Source: Perkinsela sp. CCAP 1560/9 (taxonomy: Eukaryota > Protista > Euglenozoa: Kinetoplastea). Taken from it: a stretch of DNA of 64,000 nucleotides. Location: contig CBFFSA010000009.1 in the NCBI GenBank assembly GCA_965644495.1, forward strand, positions 1-64,000. The letters run 5' to 3'. The notes below the pieces were generated by a model. The model was not told the origin of the DNA. It worked only from the letters and a program-made list of their open reading frames with translations, and searched no databases. Position 1 is the stretch's first letter, and each line of letters starts with the position of its first letter. Shown here piece by piece: positions 22,880-35,793 of this stretch. The position numbers were made by a program, and so were the translations under genes.

Positions 22880-24790
22880 CAGGGGGGGGGGGCACGAAAA
22901 CTGACAAGGTCCGCGTCTTAGCGTCCTGAGGCCGTTTGAGCTGATTTTTGTTGCAAACGAGAGATCTCGTTCTGAATCTCGTGTCTACGCTATTTGGAGC
23001 CCATTTCCGCTAATCAAAAAAATATAAACCACCGTCCGGGTTATTATACCTAGGAGGTATAATAAGTGTCCCTAGGTATAATAAGTGTCCCTAGGTATAA
23101 TAACTTTGCTTTGCAAAAAGGATAAAAAAAATTTCGCGCCGCTTCGCGGCGCGTTCTTCTTCACATTGCCCACAACAAGTTATGATCCATTTGTAAGTTC
23201 CCCTCTCGCGCCTGGGGAAACGTGTGCGAGTGGGGGGGTAAGATTGTTTTCTGGGGGGTCAGGGGTAAAAGAATATGAAATGCCACGAATACATGTATTT
23301 TCGTGGTTACTATACCCCAACTGATCAAAAATCTTGACAATGGATGTAATGCAAACAGATAGTGGCAGACGGTGACAGATGGTGGCAGACAAAACCATAC
23401 ACTTCTGCAGTACATCCAATGTCAATCTGATTTCTTGGTAAGTTTCCCTCATCAAACGCAACATTGAAATTTACGCGCAGTGAGTGGAAAAGATTGCTGC
23501 GACAACAAAGAGCATGCACCAGCATGCTTTTACGTGTCCAGGAGATGAATTAACCCTTTCGGAGTGTTTATGTTTGGGCGATCGTCCGTAATCCCGTCTT
23601 TGTGGCATAAATCAGGGGGGGATCAGAAAAATTGTAAAAAATGCAAGATTTTGTCTACCCAAAAACAATGTGATCTATGTGCATTCGAAAATCCAAACGC
23701 AGATTACGTGCCTGCACGTTCATGAGCCCTGTTCGAGTGCTCTCGAATGCGCTATAACTTTCCAAAATGGGCCAAGTTTTACAAATTTTAGTCCCCTCCC
23801 ACATCAAAGTTTACTGTCCTGTAAGTTCTGCACCCGCCTCTGAAGGTAGGGGGGGGAGGTATAATAAGGACCCTAGGGACACTTATTATACCTAGGAGGT
23901 ACAATAGGTGTTCCTAGGTATAATAACCCGGACGGTGGTTTATATTTACAAAATATTGAATTTTTGGGCAAAATATTTTGCAAAAAGTATCGAAAAACGT
24001 AAAAAAGGCTATTTTTTCTTCTTTTTACCTTACTATGGGCAAAAGGAATAGACTAAACCGTCGCCAGCTATCACCAGAACAGTGTTCATATCCTGTGCGC
24101 ATTGTCTGCGCACACGAAAGACACCGTGGGACATCTATTCCGGATACGGCACGTATGATGAACTGTTCAGAGAGCTCTGTCTCTCGGTACAAAGCGCGTT
24201 TCGATGAGTCAGGTGACGTGGCACGTGCACCCTACTCGCGCGATAACGGCGTTGGTACGGATGAGTTCCGAGCCATGCTCTATGCTATTGTTGATGCTGA
24301 GCGAGACACACAATTCGGGTGTCCGGGGTTTAAATGGGTACATAAGAGAGTGGATAAAGTACTTTATCCATGTAGTCCACAGAATCGAAAAGAATCGAAA
24401 AGAATTACAAGCGGCTATTCCAAAGGCCAAGGAATATTTGTTGAACGAATGTCACGAGGCGTATGTGAATACGCTAAAGAGTCTTCCCACGCGCCTCGCT
24501 ATACTACGTGAGCGTGGAGGTGGGAATACTGGCTATTAAGACCTACTTTCTGGGTGCTTTTTGGGCCGCGGTACGTAAACATTACGAATTTTAGACCCGT
24601 TTTTCAATTTGCAAAATCTTTAAATTTCACTTTTGTAACTCATTGGAAATGTTTTCCGGCGAACGTTTTTGTATTTTAAATAGCGTAGACACGATATTCA
24701 GAACGAGATCTCTCGTTTGCAACAAAAATCAGCTCAAACGGCCTCAGGACGCTAAAATGCGGACCTTGTCAGTTTTCGTGGCCCCCCCTG
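22880..24790 (+). mobile_element. Tc1-like element, internally deleted, nested in a pogo-like element
   Basis: ~115-bp TIRs CAGGGGGGG..CACGAAAACTGACAAGGTCCGC, TA TSD; HTH ORF 23978..24511 and C-terminal GGNTGY. Confidence 0.9.
23027..23940. mobile_element. Non-autonomous TIR element nested in 22880..24790
   Basis: TIR AACCACCGTCCGGGTTATTATACCTAGGA at both ends, TATA flanks, subterminal CCTAGGTATAATAA repeats. Confidence 0.85.
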
Positions 24791-27700
24791 TATACTAGTT
24801 GGTACGTATTGGGACGATCTACCAGCAGAACCTTCATGAGACAGTTTTTAAAACGATCTACATTCGCCTTTGCAGCAGCGGGCCTTTGCAAGCGCTGACT
24901 GTCATGTACGGCGATAATGTGGCCCCCGACTTCTATGAGTACATAGCGATACTCATAGCGGAGAGAAGCATAAATGCGAGTAGCATGATTTACATTTTTC
25001 GGAAGTATCCCTCTAGCTAACATATTCTGTGTCACCCAGATGTTCCAGTAGACAATGTTAGACTCTTTGGATTCGGACAAATACAATTCCAAAACCCTTG
25101 TGCAGAAGGTGTCCAAAACGAGAGAAGAAATCATTACGTTACCACGGCGAAAGCGCTTCCAGTCGTCTGGTGTACTGTCTTCTTCAGAATCTTCATCAAG
25201 AAGTAGGGTTAAAGGTGTCGGGAGAGCGCTATGTAGGTTGATAGAATTTTGGAGAAAATTTCCTCTTGCATTCAACCGGACTCGGTTACGCGAACGTAAA
25301 TTTTCCCAAAATTATTTTCAACGCTCTTGAGGTCCTTTAATATGCGGGAATTTTCTTCCTTCGTCGAAGATTGAAAAATGACTATTGGAGGTAGCGGGAG
25401 CGCCTTTTTCGCACACACATCATATATCCCAGCCAGAAAAACAGTTACATTTTCTTTCTCATTGGTGCCCTTCACTCGCACGTTCAGAGCACCAATGGGA
25501 GCAACGCTCACACCTGTGGTTGGCCCGTCAATAGAGAGCGAAGTTCGTCCCCGAACAACACATAATTATATTTTCGAACCGTGTGCTGCACGTAAAAATT
25601 TTTTGCCCACACCTTGATTCGATTATCGATGTCTTTGGGGGAAATACATTGAGCTTTTCCAAACTTTCTATTCGTCCATCCGAAAACGTACTTGAATCGA
25701 TGGTACGTTTCCTCTTTCGCCTTCTCATACAGGTCAGATCGAAAAACACCACGTTCCTCCATCAAATGTAGAACGGTATGTTTCGTGATCGGTCGCATGC
25801 CATCGAGTTCGCCAAGGAGGATTTCATTTATCTTTTCCATTTCGACATGCCTGTCCTTGTTGAAACCCCTTTCACGCTTGCGACTACGGCCGCCTAGATT
25901 TGCCTTTTTCTGGTAAAATCCGGCACCATTTTTTCGGATGGATCGGATGCTTCGCGACGAAATGCCGTATTTGTCACTAAGTTGTTGTGCACTATTACTG
26001 GAGTGACACACAACTTCTCCTTCAACTTCTCCTGCATCGTGAGGTTCTTCCTTCCCTGAGGTGAACCGACGGACAATGGCAAAGTCGCCGGCTCGGGGCT
26101 CGAAACTGTTAGTTCGTTGGGGAGTCCAACGCGAGGAAGAGGGGGACGAAGCTTAACCCACTGTGTGAGTAATGGCATGTTAAAAAATATCGCAAATAAT
26201 TTTTTATATAGCAATATCTCTATGCATCTCCAATTTTTTTACGAAAACATGTAAAAAAAATGTTCAAAAAAAAGCTTTTTCTTGGGCGGAAGTATAAAGG
26301 GGGGGTACTAATTTTTCGGTTTCATAAAAACGGAAGTATAAAGGGGGGGTGACAGTAATTACTTATGGATGTAAAACTGGTGAACCTGGAGGAGAGTACA
26401 AGTTGTTATCTTAGATACCTGCCATCAAAATTTCACAAATAAGCGCTTCAAATAGATAATCGTTCTAATCCTACGTCAGTAAGGTTATCAAGCTCATGAG
26501 GCATGTATGTTTTAGTGATTCTTCGGAACGTATATTGTTGATCACTTTGCCAAAGTGAGTTTCTAGAGCGCCTATAATTGTTTGACGTAGAACGCATTCG
26601 TGCTCAAAAACGAGTTCATTGAACTTAAGAGTTTCATCCAGAGCGTGATCTCGGTCACTTTCACTCATTTCGAAAATGAAGCGAAAGCAGAGAAGTTTTT
26701 TCTCAACCCACCTTTTTGATGATCTAACAACAACCGAAGTAAAGTCCACTAGAAAAATGGCCATTGTGGCTTGCACAAGTTGTCACTGGCTTGCAGTGGC
26801 AGTACACATGAGGTCCATTAAGTAGTGTCAGGAAAGTAGTGAGGATTTTTTTCCTAAAAAATATTGATCGAATCGGTCGAAGTTGCATTTATAATTACTT
26901 ATGAAAGACATAGGAATTATAAGAGGGTTGAAACCTGTTAAGTTTTTCCGGGTTTTGCCAGGACACCTATTTTGGTGGGCATCATCTTGGGAGATGTGTC
27001 ACGACTTAAAGAAGGGGTATCTTGTGAAAAAAACGTCATAGAAAGATAGTACAGGTCCCAAACTCTCAAACTACTATACAAGTAAGTAATTTGGTTTTGA
27101 AAAACTATTTTTTAAGCCATGTTTTTCGCCAAGTTGACTTTTTTTTCAATTTTCTTTTCAGAAAAAACCGAACTTGACGGCCCCGTCCTGTTGATACCAG
27201 GGGGAAAATGTGCGCCAAGACCTCGGCTACCCTTTCTGGGGGTTTATTTCGAGTTTTTCAAAATTTTCGTTTTTTGTGGCGCAAAAATTGTTTTGCAGCG
27301 CAGGATGATGACCAAGTATGTTATTCACTAATTTTGACGAAGTACATTTCTTCGCCACGTCAATGAGGAATATGCGGGTTTTGCCAGGTTTTGCCTTTCA
27401 TAGATTTCAACACTCTTATTATTACAAATATTATTATTTCAGCTATGGAAGGTGCTTTAAAAGTGCTTTTCGAGCTTTTTTTAGTTTTCGAGCTTTCGAG
27501 CACATGTGTAGACCTTTACCCTGCGGATGCACTTATGTAAATGAGCATGTAGTGTGTGCATCCGTGGAATGCCGAATGAAAATGTGAGCCATACTTACGC
27601 GTGAAACGTTGTCGTAGAAATTTGGCCTAAAGAAGTAATATAGCTTTGAAATGTAATATCGATAATATGGGAAGTCTTTGTGAAGAACACATTTAAGGGT

Positions 27701-29154
27701 GTTAAGGCAAAGCTATTTAGTCTTAAAAGCGTGAAAATAATAATAAATCCGCTGAATCTTTGACATGCTACAATTTATTGCATTTTTACAATAAAAAATC
27801 AAGACAAAAAAGCAATATGAAAAAGCATATGAATTCCTTTTTCAGAAAAATTCCCAAATGTGACTGCATAAGAAACATGGGCATGGGGATAATCCACGAC
27901 AATTTTTGTTCCGAAATATTGGATCTTCAAAAGCGGCACGTGGAATAGAGTACTTTCCAATCCACAACGTCTTGCGCTTGCGTGCTTACGTGGAGTGTCG
28001 GATTTTGTCTTCTCTCGGCATGTCTTTCTTCACGCCACACTTCAAATTTTATGGAATGCTTTTTAAGATACTGCAGTGCCGCTTGATAGGAAGACGACAT
28101 GCCTCGTGCAATCATGAATGTCTTTCTTTCCCCTTCCGGACAAGCCTTGTAAATGTAGGTTCCTGTGTCGGGGGATGCTCCACCATCGGGGTCAGAGGTA
28201 CGTCCAAAATATTCTAAACAGAAAGTTCCTTGGGTCAAGTTGCTGTCACTCGTTATAGAATAAGAATTAGCGGTAAAATAATTATCTTGAAAAAAAGCTT
28301 TTAAAAGCTCCAAACTAAAATTGAAAGCGCTTTAAAAGTGCTTTTTCGAAGGTTTAAAAGTTTCCGCGGGCCCTGTAATCCGTGCATTTAAAACAATTCA
28401 ATGCTGAAACACGCGACCCCTTCCCTCACAGCCTTCATATCTGCTTCAATCTAACCGAAAAGGGCAGATTGATTCTGTTCAACGTTCTGCAGGTGTCAGT
28501 GCTTATGGAACATCCAAGGAAGTACATGAAAGCCAAAATAGGGTAGTGACCCACTGCATGTGAAAGCCGAAACATATGGTGATGAAACAGTGACGCGAGC
28601 TCCGAGACCCGCAATGTTTCCGCTTCAATTTCCGGTCCCGCAATGTTCAAAGCTTCATGATGAGTGTAATTTCTTGATCAGATTCATCTGGAGAGAAGTT
28701 TTCCGAGTCTGACGCATTTATCAGACTATGGTTTCTTCTCTCCTGCACCTTGTTGAAATTTTCAAATTTTCCTCCCTTTTAATCACCACATGCTTTTCTT
28801 CTACCAGAAAGGGCAGGATACTCACCGGGCGTCGCAGGACTCTTCTAAGAGACCAAGCAACGTGACTAGCCGAAAATCCAAGTTGTACCCGAATGGCGTC
28901 CCCACAGACAGAGCAGGAAAATCTGCCACTCAAACCGCTATTGCACGCGACCCCACAAACTACCCTACTGATTTTCTACCCTACTTTCTACCCTACGAAC
29001 TTATCCTACTGATTTTAGAGGGGTTTTATTCGTGTCGAGGGGTTTATACGTCACATCATACTACGGCAGAAGATGTAGTAATGTTCAATTCAAATGTAGT
29101 ATTTTACTACACCAATTACTCATGTAGTAAATTACTACAAATTCCATCCAGGGT

Positions 29155-29592
29155 GTGACAAAAAGTAGCGATCCTCCTACCAGCAACACAACAACACCAC
29201 CGCTAGCTCCATGCAAACATAAGTGTAAGGACAGATATATCTGCTGGCATCCCTGTTGCAAGAAAGGACTTTTCGAGCCACCGCTTCCACCCACAACTGT
29301 ACCCCATGCCGCGCCTACACCCCCTGATGCACAACAAACCGCCCCGGAATGTAAACATCGGTGCAAAGACAAAGCGCAATGTGAACACCCTTGTTGTAAA
29401 CGCCACCTCATATTCCAAGAAACGTTAGATCCGCAAACCTCTATACGAAGTAACCCACCAGAAAGTGTAAATCAAGATATGAAAATGTCGACGGCGGGAA
29501 CTATGAGGCCGTCACAACGTAGCACACCTTGTAAACATAACTGCAAAAGCAAAGTGACCTGGGGACACCCATGCTGCAAACGCGCATCCTAA
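29155..29592 (+). CDS. Hypothetical ORF with three C-x-H-x-C-K-x4-C-x-H-P-C-C-K modules
   Basis: CKHKCKDRYICWHPCCK, CKHRCKDKAQCEHPCCK, CKHNCKSKVTWGHPCCK; no ATG at the ORF start, may be a fragment. Confidence 0.55.
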   Translation: MTKSSDPPTSNTTTPPLAPCKHKCKDRYICWHPCCKKGLFEPPLPPTTVPHAAPTPPDAQQTAPECKHRCKDKAQCEHPCCKRHLIFQETLDPQTSIRSNPPESVNQDMKMSTAGTMRPSQRSTPCKHNCKSKVTWGHPCCKRAS

Positions 29593-32500
29593 GACCATAC
29601 TCTGGGGCATCACGAAGTTCACGGATGAGATCACGAATGCGGAAGCCGCCGTCATCAACTGCGTTGATCCATGGTCCAAACTTAGTAGGCTATTACGGAT
29701 CCAGAGCATTTGGAACTAGTAGTGCGCTACCGGTGCCATCTGGATTGTTAGAGACGAATGTCAGTGCCCCAGATGGGGTAGACCTCCCTCCCATGAGATC
29801 TAGCATGCCTCCCCCGCCTTGCTCCGGAGGACCTTGTGTAGTCATGGCGGGGTACTCTCTTCTGCTCCATAACGTTGACCTCGAAATAGTCTAACTCAGG
29901 ATGGGGGAAAAGATATTCTTTCGACGGCTTGTCCTCCCGTATCCCCCACAAATACAACCCTTCCTTCCGTATTGCCATACAGTGTTTGCTTTTCCAAATT
30001 TACGTGGTCTTTACGCCGAAACGTCTCCTGGACGTCAATCGACGGGTTATCCCCTTCTTTGGTTAGTAACTTTTCTCTAATCACAGAACACAGAATGCTC
30101 GTCTCCTCCTGTATTAACGGCTCGGTAGCCGCGAGCGGTTGCACCGGTGAAGAACTACGCGACGAACGTAACGTGCGGGTCGATGGTCCGTCGATTACTG
30201 ACATGAAAACTTTAACTGTTGCGAATCACAAGTGAAACAAAGTCTTGAATTTATAATCAGCCATAAGAAAATCCGTTATAATCGTACATGCACACGGGGT
30301 TACATTTGGGGGGTGTATATTAATTCAGTTGAATTCTTAAAAATAGGCACAATGCCCCTCGGCCATCACCAACTACAAAAGGGTATAACAAACATAATTA
30401 ATTTAATTGCCCAATTCTCACCGTAAACTATAAGTATGGTGTTCCCGAGAGCATCATCACTACGCTGATTTTCATATCGCGTTCGAACGTACGTAAAATC
30501 CGCTCCACGATAAACGCCTTGTCTTATTCGCAATTTGTCTAACAGTTGTTGCCCTATACTTATTTGGTGTGGGCCTTCTGCTTCAATTCCTCCTCGACGA
30601 GCCGCATCATGCATCCACTCCTTAAAAAGGCTTCACAGGAAAGCGACCTCTTCTGTCATTATTGCTGGAAGCTCTAAATCGATTCGAATACGGTGTTCAA
30701 GCATGTCTGTCTCGCACCCTCTCGCACCCGGAACACAGCAAGGCAAAACTCTATTTTCATCTCCGCGCTCGAAATTGCGAACGTGGCTAGACAACATATC
30801 GGAAAGTGCTTAATCACGGAAGAGTGATGAATCAAACGCTAATAATATTATCGTTGCTTTTGAACAGCCCATCCTGTGGCGAAGCGGCATTTTTTTGTCA
30901 TTCATTTTTTTGCCAAAATACATACGTTGTGGTTCCATGGAACACGGAACACCTCAATGTTCCTCAATGTCTCCATGTTATGCAAAAATCTTCTGTTGAG
31001 TGACTATCTCTGAAATGAAAGACGAAGAGTTATCATAGTATATGGGGGTTATGTAGCGGTATGTGCCATCACAAGTAGACTGAGGACGCACTCATTCACC
31101 AGCGATCCCAAAGGGACGACCAGTGCCCTGAACGGGCCTCGTTATTTAGCGCTTTGTTTTGCGAGCGCCGGCCTTAGCTCGGGAGGCTGGGATCGCGAAG
31201 TCCCATCATCCGGCGTGAATCGGACGCCCTGACCACGAGGCGAGGAGCGCAGACGAGGAGGTCGGGCGAGGAGGGCGGCAAGAAAGGCGGCAAGGGAAGG
31301 GGGGAAAGGAGGGCGCAAGGGGGACGGAAGGGGCGCATTCGGAAGGGGGGTCAAAGGGGCACATTCGACTTGTGGAGTGGGAAGGTTTACATCGCTCTCC
31401 AAATCTCGGCCTTCTTGAAGTTCTGGAAACGGGCAAGACTCAGATGCCGAATTTTGTGGATCTTTCCGAGGTTGAATGACTTCTAAAACTTCGACTTCAA
31501 TGTACTTTAACATAGGATGTGGGAAAGTATACTTTTGACGGGTAAACGCTCCATACTGCCTTATTATTCGCATTCGGTGCATTCATGCGAAAGAAATGTA
31601 AGGAAAAGCGTTCCCTAGGTATGCTTACAGCTTCCCACGAGAGGAAGTCGTGATCGCTGCGGCAAAAAGTCAGAACGCTCCGCCTTCTGCTTTTGGCCTT
31701 GCGCCTCCTCCCTTTTCTACGGCGCTTGGTCACACACTTCCAGTCAAAAGAATGGGACAATTAGTATCTAAATTGCGCAAAAAAATTTTTTTTTCCTAAA
31801 ATTATTCTCGAATTCATCGTGCTTCTCGTTATATGACTACATCTCTCTTTTAATAACTTCCTCCACATTTGCTTATTGCACCACCTTTGCTTATTGCATC
31901 ACCACAGATTCACAAAAGAGTCGGATGTCTGCCAAAATAAGTCGAAATCTAGACCCGCCGTTTACTTTCAACTTTCCGTTCACGCACTCCGTGAAGAATT
32001 TCATCCCTCTCTTCACCTTACTCGTACAAGACTCATTTTTTTGCATATAATTGACGGTTCCTCCTGCATTAAGCCAACGCATATCGTGAGCTTGTGACAC
32101 TTCAATCGGATATAAAATAGACAAAAAATCCAAAAACCAAAAATTATGCGAATAATAAGTGTATTTGCGAAGAATAAACGTATTGCGAATAATAAAAAAT
32201 GCGAATAATATCCGTACAGTTGGTTTAGTGGCGCAGTAAATAATGCTATCGGCAGGGTTTTGCGGACGGATCCATTTTGCTCGTATTACGACTCGTCGAT
32301 CTTGATCACCTATCTTCTCAGTAATTTGAGTACACGTCGCCTCCAATTGGTTGTCATCGAGAGTTCTTTGAAATGAGTCTTGATCGGAAAAATTCTTAGT
32401 TGAATTGTTCTGAGTGTTACGTGTCATCGATCGAGTCGTCGGAGGCATTCAAGCTCGCCAAGAAGATTATACAAAAGTATCCAACAAAAGTAGTACAAAA

Positions 32501-32628
32501 GTATCCAACAATAGTTACAAATATCCGACAGAAACAGTGTCTTTATCGTTAAAACAGCAGCTATGGAACGCGTACATCGCGCGTGCGAGCGATCTTTTCC
32601 CCCCTCTACTTCATATAGGTGGGATGTA

Positions 32629-33509
32629 CTGTACCCCCCCTAGTTATCTGTCGCTACTTTTCGGGAAAAGGTGACAGATAACTAGGGGGGGGTAAGGGTG
32701 CGACAGATAACTAGGGGGGTCAAAGTGCGACACATAACTAGGGGGGTCCGTCGCCAAAAAAGCGAGGGAATGAAATGTTACAGAAACAGTATCTTTATTG
32801 CCTAGGAAGATTCCTTTCTACCCCAATGGGGTACTACAAGCTGAAGATATGCGTCTACAGGTTAAAAGAAGCCCAGAGAATAATTCACGCACATTTTATA
32901 GAGTTAAAACATTAATTATGTTACATCCATGGGTTAAAGTAAAACATCGTGAGCTATCGGAGTCCAATTTTCACAAAGGTCACGACAGGAAACAATGTCT
33001 ATATCACGGATATACATGTTATACATACATATTATTTACATACATAATACATATTATACATACATATTATTTACATACATAATACATATTATTTACCATG
33101 TGAATTGCACAACTGTTTACACCAGGACCTTGCTGCGGACAACACATTGGTATTGGTCCAATGACTAGTCCATTGGCACTAGTCCGTTTTCAAATGTTCA
33201 CATAGAGGATCTTTAAATTTCTTTATATTATCATTGAAAATTTGAGACGCGTACCCATTGAAACTCATAAATATCTAATCTTAGATGATGGAGGGGATAA
33301 CGAGCTCCGACTCCTGTTTTCTAATTTTTACCGTAGAACGCCACGCAAAACCATTACCCTAAAAGCAGAACAGAAAAAAAAGTGAACTTTTGCTTCTCAT
33401 TTTATACGTTTTTCATTTTGTTTAGAAAGGCGACAGATAACTAGGGGCGGTAGTCGACGTAAAATAATATTCGAAGGGCCGAAAAGACAGATAACTAGGG
33501 GGGGTACAG
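32629..33509. mobile_element. TA-flanked MITE
   Basis: TIR CTGTACCCCCCCTAGTTATCTGTC, internal GACAGATAACTAGGGG repeats. Confidence 0.88.
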
Positions 33510-33841
33510 TATTTTATTGAATTAGAAAAAGAGGCCCCGCGAAGCGGCGCAGATTTTTTTTCGTGATTCGGATTCTCATTTCATCGCCCCCTTTAATAGA
33601 GGCAAAACACGAAATTGTATCTACATTAAAGCGGGGGTCACGGTATATCACTAGTGCTTTCAGCATCATCCCATGCATGTTATCACTAGCACAAGAGTAT
33701 TTCTTCGCAGTACAGTTGAACTTTCTTTAGAGTCTATTCGTTGTAGAGTCCTCTGCGCTTGTCTTTGTATTCGTTTTTGTTCTAACTAGAAAAGATCAAA
33801 GTAGGAATTCAATACTTTGTTCTGTTTTGAATTAGTGAGTT

Positions 33842-34744
33842 ATGGACGACGGATCGGACCTTCGATGTGGAAGAGTACGTCGGGAGTTATTACCACAGGA
33901 ACATGTGCTCGAAGAATTTCTAAGGGGAGCAACAGTGCGAGATCGTACATGGATTACAGAAAAAAGAAGATTGTTCGGGGGTATGAAGAAAGTTTCTCCA
34001 TGCACATGGAAAGGCGTTTCCTGCAATGCAGATCAGAATATAGTAAGCATCACCAGTAGCAAAGGAATTCCTCAACTGGAAGGAAATCTTAGTTGGGGTG
34101 CTCTACCTTCAACACTTACCAGCGTGGGGCTGAGGAGTTATCCCAATCTGTGGGGTGAAATAAATCTTGACTACTTGCCGGCGCGTATGCAACATTTTTG
34201 CCTGTCCGGCACCTCAATGTCGGGTACTTTATCACTTCAGAATCTTCCGCCAAAGTTGGAGACGTTGAAACTCGAAAGAAATCGCTTCTCTGGAAATCTT
34301 GATCTATCGACTATGACGGCAGAGTGCTTGAAGGAGTTAGGATTGCGTGAAAATAAACTTACGGGCAGTATAATACTTTCGGCACTCCCGCGAGGGCTCC
34401 GAACCCTTGATCTATCATCGAATGACTTTACAGGTCCCATCGATCTCCGAGCACTGCCGCGGAACTTGCACCAGTTTAACCTCTCGATAAATAAACTGAG
34501 TGGAACTTTGGTATTCCCAGCGGATATTCCTTCATCTATTTTCTTCATGAACTTGTCACACAATCGTTTTTCTGGGTACCTTGATCTTAGTCCCTTGCGC
34601 CAGCATCAACTTGTGAAACGACGTTTCGTGTCGGATTTTCGTTGTAACTTGTACCTCACCGGCAACGGCTTCAGTGATTGGGGTCCCAAAGATGAATATA
34701 ACGGAGCCACGCCCCCAGGTGTGAGTTTGGATCCTTTTCCTTGA
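33842..34744 (+). CDS. LRR protein (paralog 6), 300 aa
   Basis: RCGRV..LPQEHVL..PCTWKGVSC cap plus LRRs. Confidence 0.9.
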   Translation: MDDGSDLRCGRVRRELLPQEHVLEEFLRGATVRDRTWITEKRRLFGGMKKVSPCTWKGVSCNADQNIVSITSSKGIPQLEGNLSWGALPSTLTSVGLRSYPNLWGEINLDYLPARMQHFCLSGTSMSGTLSLQNLPPKLETLKLERNRFSGNLDLSTMTAECLKELGLRENKLTGSIILSALPRGLRTLDLSSNDFTGPIDLRALPRNLHQFNLSINKLSGTLVFPADIPSSIFFMNLSHNRFSGYLDLSPLRQHQLVKRRFVSDFRCNLYLTGNGFSDWGPKDEYNGATPPGVSLDPFP

Positions 34745-34928
34745 GAAAACAATTTGCGTACTAAAGTCGGCGCATAAAGATCTGAGTGAAAAGGTAAATA
34801 GAGTGAACCCCGTGCCTGGGGTTCTAACAAAAAACCAGTAAAAGCAAGTCACCTGTAAATTTTAGATGTTGACAGGATCCATGTGTGCAAGAGCACTTTC
34901 AATACCAATTTTTTTTCGGCCCAAGCTA

Positions 34929-35705
34929 CAGTGGTTTCAGTTGATCTTGCCCCCCCCTCGGAATTTTGATTTTTTTTATCCATTTTTTCTGATCTTTGCA
35001 GCATTGGAGAGATCTTGTTCCCCTAGCGAAGAGCTTTGCCGCCTCTTTTTCATAGAGACCCCCTGGTGCCCCCTGGGTGACCCGAAAGTTGACCAAAAAA
35101 AAATGAAAGTTTTTTACCATATCAAAAATGAAACAAAAAAGGGAATTTGTGTCCAAAAGTTAACTCTGAAGGAAAAGAACTAGTATCCGGAATGGTCTCC
35201 ATTGTTTTGCAACACTTTTTGAAGTCTATTTGGGACTGAATCAATTGTGTTGCACACTTTATGTTTTTCTTGAGGACTTTGTGGGATATTGTGGGGTTGT
35301 CTTCTCTTTTGTCATTCCATCCTTGTACGTACTCCCCCTGTTTGGGGTTAGAGGGTCTGGTCTGCATAATGTAGAGGTGTTGACTATATTAAATAGCTAA
35401 AGCGATAGGGATTGTACTAGACATGGAGCTTTCAAATTATCAATTTAGAACACTATTACTCGTACTTACATGTGTAAAATGTACAGAAAATCGGGAAAAT
35501 GTAGCAAAAAATGGTTGTGTACACAGAAAGCGTCCAAAAAAACAGTGTTTTTTTTGACCCAGGGGTCACCAGGGGGTCGGTATGAAAAAAAGGCGGCAAA
35601 GCTCTTCGCTAGGGGAACAAGATCTCTGCAATGCTGCAAAGATGAGCAAAAACGGATAAAAAAAATCAAAATTCCGAGGGGGGGCAAGATCAACTGAAAC
35701 CACTG
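34929..35705. mobile_element. TA-flanked non-autonomous element with ~155-bp TIRs
   Basis: CAGTGGTTTCAGTTGATCTTGCCCCCCCTCGGAATTTTG inverted at both ends. Confidence 0.92.
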
Positions 35706-35793
35706 TATGTTTGTTTCCCCATTGTTTACACTCCATTTTTCCCTGTTGTTTACACTCTTTTCTTCTACTGAACACTACTTCGGTATTTTCTCA

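Larger units (their letters stand above)
22162..26355 (-). mobile_element. pogo-like element with Ulp1-like domain
   Basis: TIR CTGTCACCCCCCC..TTTATACTTCCG at both ends; HTH, YVLFGDE, EKENVTVFLAG, PPIVIF fragments at 25272..26060; protease-like C-terminus split by a Tc1 insertion. Confidence 0.8.
20288..28375 (-). mobile_element. hAT-superfamily element (decayed) hosting nested insertions
   Basis: TIR CAGGGCCCGCG(A/G)AAACTTTT, perfect 8-bp TSD TAATCCGT at 20280-20287 and 28376-28383; BED-finger-like remnant in 27927..28313. Confidence 0.88.
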
